A stretch of DNA of 61,606 nucleotides, taken from a bacterium (GTDB lineage Bacteria > Verrucomicrobiota > Lentisphaeria > Oligosphaerales > Oligosphaeraceae). The notes below the pieces were generated by a model. The model had not been told where the DNA came from. It did no database searches and saw only the letters and a program-made list of their open reading frames with translations. The stretch's first letter is position 1; every line of letters starts with the position of its first letter. The translations under genes and the position numbers were made by a program. Positions 49,307 through 57,119 of the stretch are shown in pieces. The stretch covers positions 33,629-95,234 of the forward strand of contig CAVDSU010000001.1 in the NCBI GenBank assembly GCA_963611685.1, read 5' to 3'.

Positions 49307-50263
49307 CTATTCCTCGAAAACGCCCATTCTGCGGAAGCGTTCGTATCGCTTTTCCTTCAGCCGTGCGGGGGACTTTGTCCAGAGGGGCTTCAGGGTTTGG
49401 ATCAGGACATTCTTCAGGATTGCGGCAGCGGCGCCGGGATTGCAGTGTGCTCCGCCCAGGGGTTCTGGGACGATTGCGTCGATGACCTTCAGCTGGAGGA
49501 GGTCCTCGGCGGTGAGCTTCAGTGCCTTCGCGGCATCGGCGGTGCGGTTTTCGTCACGCCAGAGGATTGCGGCGCAGCCCTCGGGGGTGATGGCGGAATA
49601 GTATGCATTGGAGAGCATGAGGACCACATTTCCCACGGCCAATCCCAGTGCGCCGCCGGAGCCGCCCTCCCCCGTGATCACGCAGACCACGGGGACAGTG
49701 AGGCGGAACATCTCCCGGAGATTCACGGCTATGGCCTCGCCGATATGCCGTTCGCCGCCGGAGATTCCGGGGAAGGCTCCGGGAGTGTCGACCAGAGTGA
49801 CGATGGGGCATCCGGCCTTCTCGGCCAGCTTCATGAGGCGCAGCGCCTTCCGGTATCCCTCGGGTTCCGGGCAGCCGAAGTGGTTCTTGAGATACTGCTC
49901 CAGGTTGTGGCCCTTCCGGGTGAAGATGACCATGACGGGCTTCCCCTGCAACCGCGCAAATCCGCCGCCCACGGCCCAGTCGTCGCCAAAGCGGCGGTCG
50001 CCATGCAGCTCCATGAAATCGGAGAAGATCATCCTGCAGAAATACTGCGGATGAGGGCGCAGGGGGTGTCGTGCCAGGCGGACCTTCTGCCAGGCAGTCA
50101 GGTTCTTCTGGAAGAGCTCCTCCACCTTTTCGAGGTTCTGGAAGAGCTCCTTGAGCTCCGAATCCAGGCGCAGATGATTCTGCTGGGCGTGGCGCTGCAG
50201 CTCTTCCGCCCGCCGCACGAGCTCCAAGAGGGGCTCCGCAAAATCCAGATTTCCTTCCGGCAT
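49307..50263 (-). CDS. accA: acetyl-CoA carboxylase carboxyltransferase alpha subunit
   Basis: RLARHPLRPHP...TLVDTPGAFPG...GEGGSGGALG. Confidence 0.9.
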   Translation of the reverse strand: MPEGNLDFAEPLLELVRRAEELQRHAQQNHLRLDSELKELFQNLEKVEELFQKNLTAWQKVRLARHPLRPHPQYFCRMIFSDFMELHGDRRFGDDWAVGGGFARLQGKPVMVIFTRKGHNLEQYLKNHFGCPEPEGYRKALRLMKLAEKAGCPIVTLVDTPGAFPGISGGERHIGEAIAVNLREMFRLTVPVVCVITGEGGSGGALGLAVGNVVLMLSNAYYSAITPEGCAAILWRDENRTADAAKALKLTAEDLLQLKVIDAIVPEPLGGAHCNPGAAAAILKNVLIQTLKPLWTKSPARLKEKRYERFRRMGVFEE

Positions 50264-50270
50264 GGCGGTG

Positions 50271-51284
50271 CTACTCCTCGATGGAGACCCTCACGGGAGG
50301 CGTGGTGCCGCCAGGCATGGGGATGAAGTCGTAGAGTTCCTCCACCTCTTCGTTCCGCATGCGAATGCATCCAGCCGAGCAACTGGTGCCCACGGTATCG
50401 GGCTCCGTGGTGCCGTGGATGCCATAGCCCTCCAGGCTGGGATCCGTGCCGTCCACCGGCGTCAACTTCAGCCAGCGGGTGCCCAGCACATTCTCGGGGT
50501 CGCCCGGCGGGATGTTGCGGCCGGGGGGCGTCCAGGCGGGATCCGTCAGCTTGCCCGTAATCAGGAAGCTCCCCGCCGGCGTCCGGTTCTCACGGCCAAT
50601 GCCGACCGTCCAGACACGGTAGATCTCGCCATCCAAATAGAGCATCAGCAGGAAGTGCTGCTTGGAGACGCGAATGGACCACGTGCCGCGAATGTACGTG
50701 AGGGTCTGGGTGGGGCGAATCACGGGGTCCCGCCCGTCTTCCCGATGGAGGCTCTCGTTGCAGCGAATCAGCGCGCCAACGCTGGTGTAGTATCGGCTGG
50801 CGATGCGCGCAAGGGAGTCGCCGCGCACCACGCGGTAGAAGCTCTTTTCGCGAGCGGGCGCCGAGGAATTCATCAGACGGCGATCCGCATCATCCACAAT
50901 CGCCACGGCCTCCCGCCACACGGGATCGAACTCCACTACGTCATTCCGCTTCATCACCTGCCGCGCCAGGGCACGGGCGGCCTCCAGCATTCCGCGATCC
51001 AATTGCGCGCGGGCGCTTGCCAGGCGCTCTTCCACATCGGGGGGAGCCAGGGGCGCCGCAGGTTCAGCAGTGGTGGTGGAATCCGCGGGAGCAGCCAGGG
51101 GCACCGGGAGGTTCTCCGGAGCCTTGGCGATCTCCTCCGGGAGCGCAGCAGGCGACGGCGTCTCCACGACAGGCGCGCTGCCGCTCTCTTCCGGGCCAGA
51201 GCAAGAGCGCCAAAGCAGTCCCGCCAGACCCAGCAACGCCAAAATCAAGAGAACGATAAGGGGATATTTGATATACCAGTACAT
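50271..51284 (-). CDS. LysM + YkuD-domain L,D-transpeptidase
   Basis: Trimmed to ATG 51284 (MYWYIKYPLIVLLILALLGLAGLL, a TM anchor). LysM-like YRVVRGDSLARIASRYYTS. YkuD catalytic block GIHGTTEPDTVGTSCSAGCIRMRN. Confidence 0.8.
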   Translation of the reverse strand: MYWYIKYPLIVLLILALLGLAGLLWRSCSGPEESGSAPVVETPSPAALPEEIAKAPENLPVPLAAPADSTTTAEPAAPLAPPDVEERLASARAQLDRGMLEAARALARQVMKRNDVVEFDPVWREAVAIVDDADRRLMNSSAPAREKSFYRVVRGDSLARIASRYYTSVGALIRCNESLHREDGRDPVIRPTQTLTYIRGTWSIRVSKQHFLLMLYLDGEIYRVWTVGIGRENRTPAGSFLITGKLTDPAWTPPGRNIPPGDPENVLGTRWLKLTPVDGTDPSLEGYGIHGTTEPDTVGTSCSAGCIRMRNEEVEELYDFIPMPGGTTPPVRVSIEE

Positions 51285-51475
51285 TCGATGGGGAATCTCC
51301 CAGAAAAAGAGGGAAAAGGAGCGTCCGCGACAAGGGGAGGAAGACCTCCCTCCCCCGCAACCCTCCCGGAAAACTTCGCGCACGCACGATTCTCAGGAGG
51401 GGAAAAACAACGCGCTTAATATACCCCTTGTCACACCCTCGGCCGACGCCCCTCCCCCACGTCCCAACACCGACA

Positions 51476-52339
51476 CTAGCCCTCCGAAAGACGCCGCACC
51501 GCCTCCGCCGGATCCTGCGCCGTGCTCACGCTCAAGAACGGAATTTCCTGGGAAAGGAAGAGCTCTTCGAGGGCCTCCCGATACTGATTCACACGCGCCT
51601 GGTAGTCCTCCCGGGCAGCCTCCGGGAGCGCATCCACTGTGCGCTCTGGCTGCTCCGCATCCTGGAAGCGCCGCATGCCCGTGGACGGCAACACCAATTC
51701 GTCCTGGTCCAATACCTGTATGGCGCGCACTCCGCCGGCATCCTGGAGTCCCCGACAGAGGCTCCGCAACTCCTGCTCGCCCTCCCAGAAATCCGAGATC
51801 CAGAGCGCCGTGCCCCGTCGCCCCAGGAATTCCGTGCAGAGCTCCCAGGCCTGACGGGGACACGCCACGCCCGACGGACGCACAAAATCCAGAGTGCGGC
51901 AGAGGCCCTCCCACTCCAGAAAAGTCCCCGAGCCCTCCACCAGCTCCTCCTGATACACAAAAAGCGCCAGCTGATCGCCCTGCCGACGCGCAATCCAGGC
52001 AGCACAGGCCGCCAACAATGCGGCATACTGGAGTTTCGTGCAGGGGGAATCCTGTCCCTGATACCCCATGGACGCAGAGGCATCCAAGAGAATCGCCAGG
52101 CGCCCGGGCACCTCCGGACGATGGGTGCGCACCTGGAGGGAGTCGCTTCGGGCATAGAGCCGCCAGTCCAGATCCCGCAGGTCATCCCCGACGGCATAGG
52201 GGCGATGCTGCTGAAACTCCAGCCCCGCGCCATCCCGGCGTCCCCGATGGGTGCCCGTCAAGGGGAGGGATTCCAGGAGCCGCTTCGCCAGAAATCGGCA
52301 TCCGCCCAATTTTTGGAAGAGATCCGCGGTGAGCAACAT
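51476..52339 (-). CDS. DUF58 (vWA-like, MoxR-associated family) protein
   Basis: Track ORF runs to 52435 and would overlap the tRNA, so the start is trimmed to ATG 52339. Family blocks GAGLEFQQHRPYAVGDDLRDLDWRLYARSD and ILLDASASM. Confidence 0.75.
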   Translation of the reverse strand: MLLTADLFQKLGGCRFLAKRLLESLPLTGTHRGRRDGAGLEFQQHRPYAVGDDLRDLDWRLYARSDSLQVRTHRPEVPGRLAILLDASASMGYQGQDSPCTKLQYAALLAACAAWIARRQGDQLALFVYQEELVEGSGTFLEWEGLCRTLDFVRPSGVACPRQAWELCTEFLGRRGTALWISDFWEGEQELRSLCRGLQDAGGVRAIQVLDQDELVLPSTGMRRFQDAEQPERTVDALPEAAREDYQARVNQYREALEELFLSQEIPFLSVSTAQDPAEAVRRLSEG

Positions 52340-52423
52340 CCTGTCGTGGTCGTGGAAAGAAAGGGGTAGAAAACGAAAAAGCCGCGGGAGAAGCGTTTTC
52401 TCTAGCGGCTTGATCGAGGAAGA

Positions 52424-52499
52424 TGGAGCGGGCAAACGGACTCGAACCGTCGACAGCTACCTTGGCAAGGTAGCGCTCTACCAACTGAGCTATGCCCGC
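52424..52499 (-). tRNA. tRNA-Gly (anticodon GCC), CCA encoded
   Basis: Manual fold of the reverse complement GCGGGCATAGCTCAGTTGGTAGAGCGCTACCTTGCCAAGGTAGCTGTCGACGGTTCGAGTCCGTTTGCCCGCTCCA. It has a 7-bp acceptor stem, D arm GCTC/GAGC, anticodon stem CTACC/GGTAG with loop TTGCCAA, and a T arm with TTCGAGT. Confidence 0.93.
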
Positions 52500-52684
52500 A
52501 TCTTCTAAATTCCTTGCGCCTCTCCTGTGTTTCTCAGGAAAAGCGGGCTTAAAATAAGCGCGTTTCCACGGTTTGCAAATGCCCCACAAGGATTTTTCCA
52601 AAATTCGGGACCGCGGCAAAGGAAAACGCCCGCGAGAAGACCTTCCGCCTTCCCACGGGCGCATTTCGGACCACCTGCCAGAGC

Positions 52685-53245
52685 CTACCGCGCGTAGGAG
52701 TCACGGTTGTTCAGACGCTTGTGACCCCGCTCCTCCGCCTTGCCGGGCTTGCCCGGATTCTTCTGACCCTTCGCAGGCTGAACCTTCGGCTGCTGACGCA
52801 CGGGCTGCTCCCGATTCGGCTGAATCTTCGGACGGTCCTTCGCAGGCTGAATCTTCCCACGATCCTTCGCAGGCTGCGCCTTCGGACGATCCTTCGCAGG
52901 CTGAATCTTCCCACGGTCGGGCTCAAAGCGAACAGGCTCCACCTTGTGCGGTCTGTCCGGCTTCGAGGGCTCCACCTTGTGCGGCTTCGGGGGCTCCACC
53001 TTGTGCGGCTTCGGGGGCTCCACCTTGTGCGGCTTCGGGGGCTCCACCTTGTGCGGCTTCGGGGGCTCCACGCGGTGTTTCGGGGGCGCGGGCGCACGGC
53101 GATGGCCACCCTCCCCATATCCATAATGGAAGTCGTATTCCGCACGATCCCGATGATATCCATCGGGAGGGACATCGGCGACAATGCAGCCCGTGCTTAT
53201 GAGGCTCACGCCGAGAGCGAGGATAGCGAGAAGGTTGCGTTTCAT
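52685..53245 (-). CDS. small basic proline/lysine-repeat lipoprotein
   Basis: Lipobox signal MKRNLLAILALGVSLISTGC. Contains HKVEPPKP x4 perfect plus diverged flanking copies, and 3-4 IQPAKDRPK-like copies. GC3 bias is consistent with coding. Confidence 0.7.
   Translation of the reverse strand: MKRNLLAILALGVSLISTGCIVADVPPDGYHRDRAEYDFHYGYGEGGHRRAPAPPKHRVEPPKPHKVEPPKPHKVEPPKPHKVEPPKPHKVEPSKPDRPHKVEPVRFEPDRGKIQPAKDRPKAQPAKDRGKIQPAKDRPKIQPNREQPVRQQPKVQPAKGQKNPGKPGKAEERGHKRLNNRDSYAR
52967..53062. repeat. 4 perfect copies of a 24-bp tandem repeat (GGGCTCCACCTTGTGCGGCTTCGG) inside the lipoprotein gene
   Basis: Read directly at 52967-52990, 52991-53014, 53015-53038 and 53039-53062, with diverged copies on both flanks. 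A second 27-bp repeat family (CCTTCGCAGGCTG core) lies at about 52819-52917. Confidence 0.95.
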
Positions 53246-53298
53246 GGACGATTCCTTTGGTTAGGGGAGAGATTAGGGAAAAGAAGCTAGGAGGCGCG

Positions 53299-53586
53299 CT
53301 AGAAATTGCGTCCGGGCTCCATCTTGCCGGGCTTGCCGGGATTCATCTTGCCAGGCTTGCCGGGCTTGCCGGGCTTGCCAGGCTCGACCTTGCCGGGCTT
53401 GCCGGGCTTGCCAGGCTCGACCTTGTGATTGGGGGCCTTGGGGGCGCCCTTGCCGGGATCGTGCCTGCGCTCGAGCATCACGCTGTCACGGCTACGCTTG
53501 TTGTGATGAGGTTCATCCACGACCACACAGCCAGTGACTGCGAGGCATGCGCAAAGGGCGAAGATAGCGAGAAGAGTGCGTTTCAT
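53299..53586 (-). CDS. small PGK-repeat lipoprotein (paralog of the 52685 gene)
   Basis: Lipobox signal MKRTLLAIFALCACLAVTGC. C-terminal (K)PGKPGK.. repeats with VEPGKPGKPGK x2. It shares the HKVEP motif with its neighbour. Confidence 0.65.
   Translation of the reverse strand: MKRTLLAIFALCACLAVTGCVVVDEPHHNKRSRDSVMLERRHDPGKGAPKAPNHKVEPGKPGKPGKVEPGKPGKPGKPGKMNPGKPGKMEPGRNF
53356..53421. repeat. 2 exact copies of a 33-bp unit made of 9-bp CTTGCCNGG sub-repeats
   Basis: 53356-53388 and 53389-53421 are identical (CTTGCCGGGCTTGCCGGGCTTGCCAGGCTCGAC). The 9-bp sub-repeat tract extends over about 53323-53425. Confidence 0.95.
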
Positions 53587-53753
53587 GTTCTGCTCCTAGG
53601 TTTTGAGGGGGATTGTGAGGGGAAGGAAAAATCCGGAATTCTGTCATTCTCCGCGACCGGAGGCGCCTTTCGCCAGGAAAGGTAACCAAATTTTTCACGC
53701 CTGCAGAGATAATACGCGTCCCGCGATCCATTTTCCAGCAGAATGCCGAACAA

Positions 53754-53785
53754 AACAAAAAAAGGACCGTCTTTTCCGACGGTCC
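53754..53785 (-). terminator. rho-independent terminator closing the nrdR-headed unit
   Basis: Minus strand: GGACCGTC-GGAAAA-GACGGTCC followed by T7, 13 nt after the stop at 53799. Confidence 0.7.
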
Positions 53786-53798
53786 TCATGACTCCCCG

Positions 53799-54623
53799 CT
53801 ACTCGTTCTCCTGCGTCTCTGGAACGGGGCGCTCCGGGAGAGTCGCCTTCCCCTGCGCAAAAAGCGATACGTCCTCCTCCGCCTGCGCAATTCCCAACAG
53901 CCGCTGACGCCGCGCCGCCAGGGAAAAGAGCGCCTCACGCTGTTTGCGGACGGACTTCGGGGCATCCCCCACCTCGTCCAGGAAAGGCGCCTTGCAAATC
54001 ACATGGCAGCCCTTCCGAAGCGCCAGATGGCACCCCTGGTAATGAAGGCTCGCAGGCAGGCAGACATCCACGATCTGGGGAGCGAGGCGCTCCAGCAATT
54101 CCTCGGGGTCCAGAGAGCCCTCGGGGGCATATCGGAGCACCTCCTGCAGGCGCGTGCCGCACTGCGCCAGACGCTCCGGGGACTCCTCCACAAATCCCAC
54201 TACCCGCGCACCCGCATCCCGCCAGAGCCGCGCATGGCGAACGCCCGAGGACCCGGCGCCAAAGAGGACTACCTGGGGCGACTCCGGCATCGACACCTCG
54301 CGGAGATTCTCCACATGCAGCATCGTCCCCTTCAGGCACTGCTGGATGCTAACCGCCAGCGGTCCGCGCCGAAAGCCCAGCGCCTTCGTTCCCTGAAAGG
54401 GAAAGAGCCGCTCCAGCTCCTCCATCGTGAGCGCCTGGTAGATGGGGCACGCGAAATCCCGCAGGAATTCCTTCTTGGAATTCTCCGAGAGGTCCTCCGT
54501 GAGCAACAGGAACGCCAGCTTATTGCGGTGTTGCAGCAGCCGCTGACGACCGGTCTCCACCAACCCCGCACGCACTGCGAAGGGCGACAGCTTCTCCAGA
54601 CGATTCCAATTCTCCTGTTCCAT
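53799..54623 (-). CDS. YlxQ/L7Ae-like domain fused to a Gfo/Idh/MocA N-terminal (Rossmann) domain
   Basis: Track ORF 53799..55253 is chimeric; the real start is ATG 54623 (MEQENWNRLEKL...). Residues ~8-100 match the YlxQ pattern (AVRAGLVETGRQRLL...KLAFLLLTEDLSENSKKEF...). Residues ~116-214 match the GFO_IDH_MocA N-domain (VVLFGAGSSGVRHARLW...VVGFVEESPERL...IVDVCLPASLHYQGCHLALRKGCHVICKAPF). The C-terminal oxidoreductase half is absent. Confidence 0.7.
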   Translation of the reverse strand: MEQENWNRLEKLSPFAVRAGLVETGRQRLLQHRNKLAFLLLTEDLSENSKKEFLRDFACPIYQALTMEELERLFPFQGTKALGFRRGPLAVSIQQCLKGTMLHVENLREVSMPESPQVVLFGAGSSGVRHARLWRDAGARVVGFVEESPERLAQCGTRLQEVLRYAPEGSLDPEELLERLAPQIVDVCLPASLHYQGCHLALRKGCHVICKAPFLDEVGDAPKSVRKQREALFSLAARRQRLLGIAQAEEDVSLFAQGKATLPERPVPETQENE

Positions 54624-54652
54624 AAAAAAAACTCGTGACTCCTCTTTCTGCG

Positions 54653-56041
54653 CTAGGAGAGCGACGCCAAATACTTGTCCACCTCGTTGGCCACGATGAT
54701 GCCGTAGTTGACGGCCCCCAGCCAGCCGGACATGATGATTCCCACGGATCCCGTATGGAAGAGCCCGGGAACCTGCTTCGGCAGATCCTGGGAGAACTTC
54801 AGCCCCTCGAACTTGGTGCCGAAAGTCGCGCCGTAGACGTGTCCGGTGTAGCGCTGGAAGGTCCTGGGGGTGGCGGCGCAGACGTAATCCGTAATCTTCC
54901 GGATATTGGGAATGTACTCCTCCACCGTCCCAAAGGCGTCCTCCACCAACGCGGCCTTGCGGGCGGAATACTCCTCCGCCGAAAGACCCTCCCAGTCCTG
55001 GTAGCGCGCATTCATCGACGCCACCACGGAACACTCGCTGCTGCCGGGACGCAGCTCGGGATAGTAGACGGAGAAGGTGCGGCTGGTGGGCTTGGGGGCG
55101 CAAAGCGCCTCCGCGTCGAACTCGGGGTATGTGGAATGGAAGACCAGGTCGCCAATGTAGGGAATCTTCTCGCCAGGCTTGATTCCCAGGTAGACCTGGC
55201 AGGAGGAGGTGGAGGGCCGCACCGCCTCCAGTCCCGCGGCATACTCCGGACAAAGCAACTCCCGCCCCGCCAATTCAAAGGCCGTGCGGAAAAGGGAACC
55301 ATTGGAGACCACGGCACGACATCCGACATTCCGGCCATTCAAGACCACGCCCTGCACACGGCCACCCTCAAAGAGCACACGCTCCACCCGCGCGCCCATG
55401 CGCACTTCCACGCCATTGCGCGCGAGCTCCTCCCGCATCATGTCCAGCATGCGGTCGGTGCCACCCAGAAAAGTATACACTCCCTGGCTCATGAAATTGC
55501 CAAAGACAATGCCGTAGGAGATCGCGGGCTCGTCTAGAGTGGAGCCGTTCGCGTAGGAGATGGGCTCCATGAGGAAGCGCCATACATCGGTGCGCCCCGG
55601 AAAATGCTTCTGGAAGAACTGCCGGGTGGTCATGGTCTGGTCGTCGTAATAGTTCATGGCCGCCACGTCGGCAAAGAAGGCCTGGACCCTCTCCCGGGGA
55701 ATCCGGAAGTCCTCCTCCATCTTCCGAGAAAAGTCCTGGGTGTCAAAAGTGGACTCCAACCGATACTGGGGATTGTGGAAGCGAATGGACTTCACCTGGA
55801 TCACCTGGTCCGCCAACTCCTTTCCCCAATATTTCCGGAGGCTCTTCTTCATGCCGAACGGGAAGCCATGGAGGGCAACGTCAAAGATGTGCCCCCGGCG
55901 ACGGAAGGAGGTGGCCAATCCACCCAGCTGGATATGCTGTTCCGCCAGCAATACCCGGTGACCCGCCCGCGCAAGGCGATTGGCCGCCGTGAGACCACCT
56001 AGGCCGCCACCGGCCACCACAATGTCGTATTCGGGTTCCAT
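54653..56041 (-). CDS. CrtI/phytoene-desaturase-family NAD(P)/FAD-dependent oxidoreductase
   Basis: Track ORF to 56338 trimmed to ATG 56041. MEPEYDIVVAGGGLGGLTAANRLARAGHRVLLAEQHIQLGG (dinucleotide fold). 462 aa. Confidence 0.85.
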   Translation of the reverse strand: MEPEYDIVVAGGGLGGLTAANRLARAGHRVLLAEQHIQLGGLATSFRRRGHIFDVALHGFPFGMKKSLRKYWGKELADQVIQVKSIRFHNPQYRLESTFDTQDFSRKMEEDFRIPRERVQAFFADVAAMNYYDDQTMTTRQFFQKHFPGRTDVWRFLMEPISYANGSTLDEPAISYGIVFGNFMSQGVYTFLGGTDRMLDMMREELARNGVEVRMGARVERVLFEGGRVQGVVLNGRNVGCRAVVSNGSLFRTAFELAGRELLCPEYAAGLEAVRPSTSSCQVYLGIKPGEKIPYIGDLVFHSTYPEFDAEALCAPKPTSRTFSVYYPELRPGSSECSVVASMNARYQDWEGLSAEEYSARKAALVEDAFGTVEEYIPNIRKITDYVCAATPRTFQRYTGHVYGATFGTKFEGLKFSQDLPKQVPGLFHTGSVGIIMSGWLGAVNYGIIVANEVDKYLASLS

Positions 56042-56115
56042 GGATGAAGAAAAAGAAAATTCGCAGAAGGGGAGAGAAAAACCAGAATCGCGCAGCGAGA
56101 GGGAGGCAGGCATTC

Positions 56116-57099
56116 CTACCGGAAGCGCACCAGAATCGGGAAAGGCGGATTGCGGAAGGCGTCCCGCAGGACCTCCTCCAGGCGCAAACCAAGCTCCCGG
56201 CGGTCCTTCCGACGGCGAGACGGACACAACAACGCCACCAGCGCCGCAAAATCCGCAAAGCGCACCACGGCGTGACCGGACGCCACAGGAACCTCGGGCC
56301 ACTGACGCCCCATGAGCCCCCGCATCAACACCAGACACTCCGTCAACAACGCCGCAATGCGCGGCAAACGGCCCACCAGCGACTCCTCAGAGGCCGGCGC
56401 GTCGGGAAAGTCCATGAGCCGCGCCAAGCGGAACTGCGCCACTGCCACAGGGAGGATGTCGGAGACCGGCTGCAAAAAGAGCGCCCCGCGGGCGCGGAGG
56501 AGCCGCGCTTCCTCGGAGAGCGGCAGCCCCTCCCAGTCCTGCAGGGTCAGATAGCGGACGCGCGTCTGGGGAGAGAGCTCCGGCGGACACACCCCGGACT
56601 CCTCCCGGAAACGCTGCGCCAAATGCCGTGCGAACTCCCGCACCAGCGCCTGGCTCACACGGGGATACCCCGCTCCCGCCAGCCCCTCGGGGAGCTTCTC
56701 CAACACCGCAGGAAGCACCCCCTCGGGCAACTCCGGACAATCCTCCAGAAAGCGCCGGAGGCTCTCGCCGTCCCACTCCTGGAGGGTCGCGGAGAACTCC
56801 TCGCGGGGGGCCGCCGCGGCGCCGGCGCCACTCCTGCGGGCATGCACGAACTCCTGGCAGACATCCACCAAGCCGGTGGCCTCCAGGACCCCGCAAAGGG
56901 CCCGTTCCACATCCAGGAGGGTGATCTCCAGCCCATCGGACTGCTCCTGCCGAAACTGCTCGCAAAGCACATCCAGCAGGTTGTCCCCCATCCACTCCTC
57001 CAAGATGCCACAACGCCGAAAAGCCCCCCGGACATCCTCGCGGAGGCGGTCCAGATCCAACGGCACGAGCTGCCCCGCGTCGGGATCCAGGACCTGCAT
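56116..57099 (-). CDS. hypothetical protein with degenerate ATP-cone-like N-terminus
   Basis: Track ORF to 57558 overlaps nrdR out of frame. ATG 57099, 20 nt after the nrdR stop, gives 327 aa (MQVLDPDAGQLVPLDLDRLREDVRGAF...). Strong GC3 signal. No family recognised for the C-terminal ~240 aa. Confidence 0.6.
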   Translation of the reverse strand: MQVLDPDAGQLVPLDLDRLREDVRGAFRRCGILEEWMGDNLLDVLCEQFRQEQSDGLEITLLDVERALCGVLEATGLVDVCQEFVHARRSGAGAAAAPREEFSATLQEWDGESLRRFLEDCPELPEGVLPAVLEKLPEGLAGAGYPRVSQALVREFARHLAQRFREESGVCPPELSPQTRVRYLTLQDWEGLPLSEEARLLRARGALFLQPVSDILPVAVAQFRLARLMDFPDAPASEESLVGRLPRIAALLTECLVLMRGLMGRQWPEVPVASGHAVVRFADFAALVALLCPSRRRKDRRELGLRLEEVLRDAFRNPPFPILVRFR

Positions 57100-57119
57100 G
57101 AAACCCAAGGAAGAGAGCC

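Noticed and set aside
52500-52684. tRNA-Gly flank as an integration hotspot (att repeat search)
   Set aside because: I found no duplication of the tRNA 3' end nearby and no integrase. The spacer holds only a plausible tRNA promoter (TTGCAA-16/17-TATTTT) and the lipoprotein gene's terminator-like hairpin.
53799-55253. 484-aa ORF taken at face value as one protein
   Set aside because: Its first ~210 codons overlap the 3' end of the CrtI-like gene in another frame and look like nonsense. The internal ATG at 54623 gives a clean YlxQ-like N-terminus 29 nt after the upstream stop.
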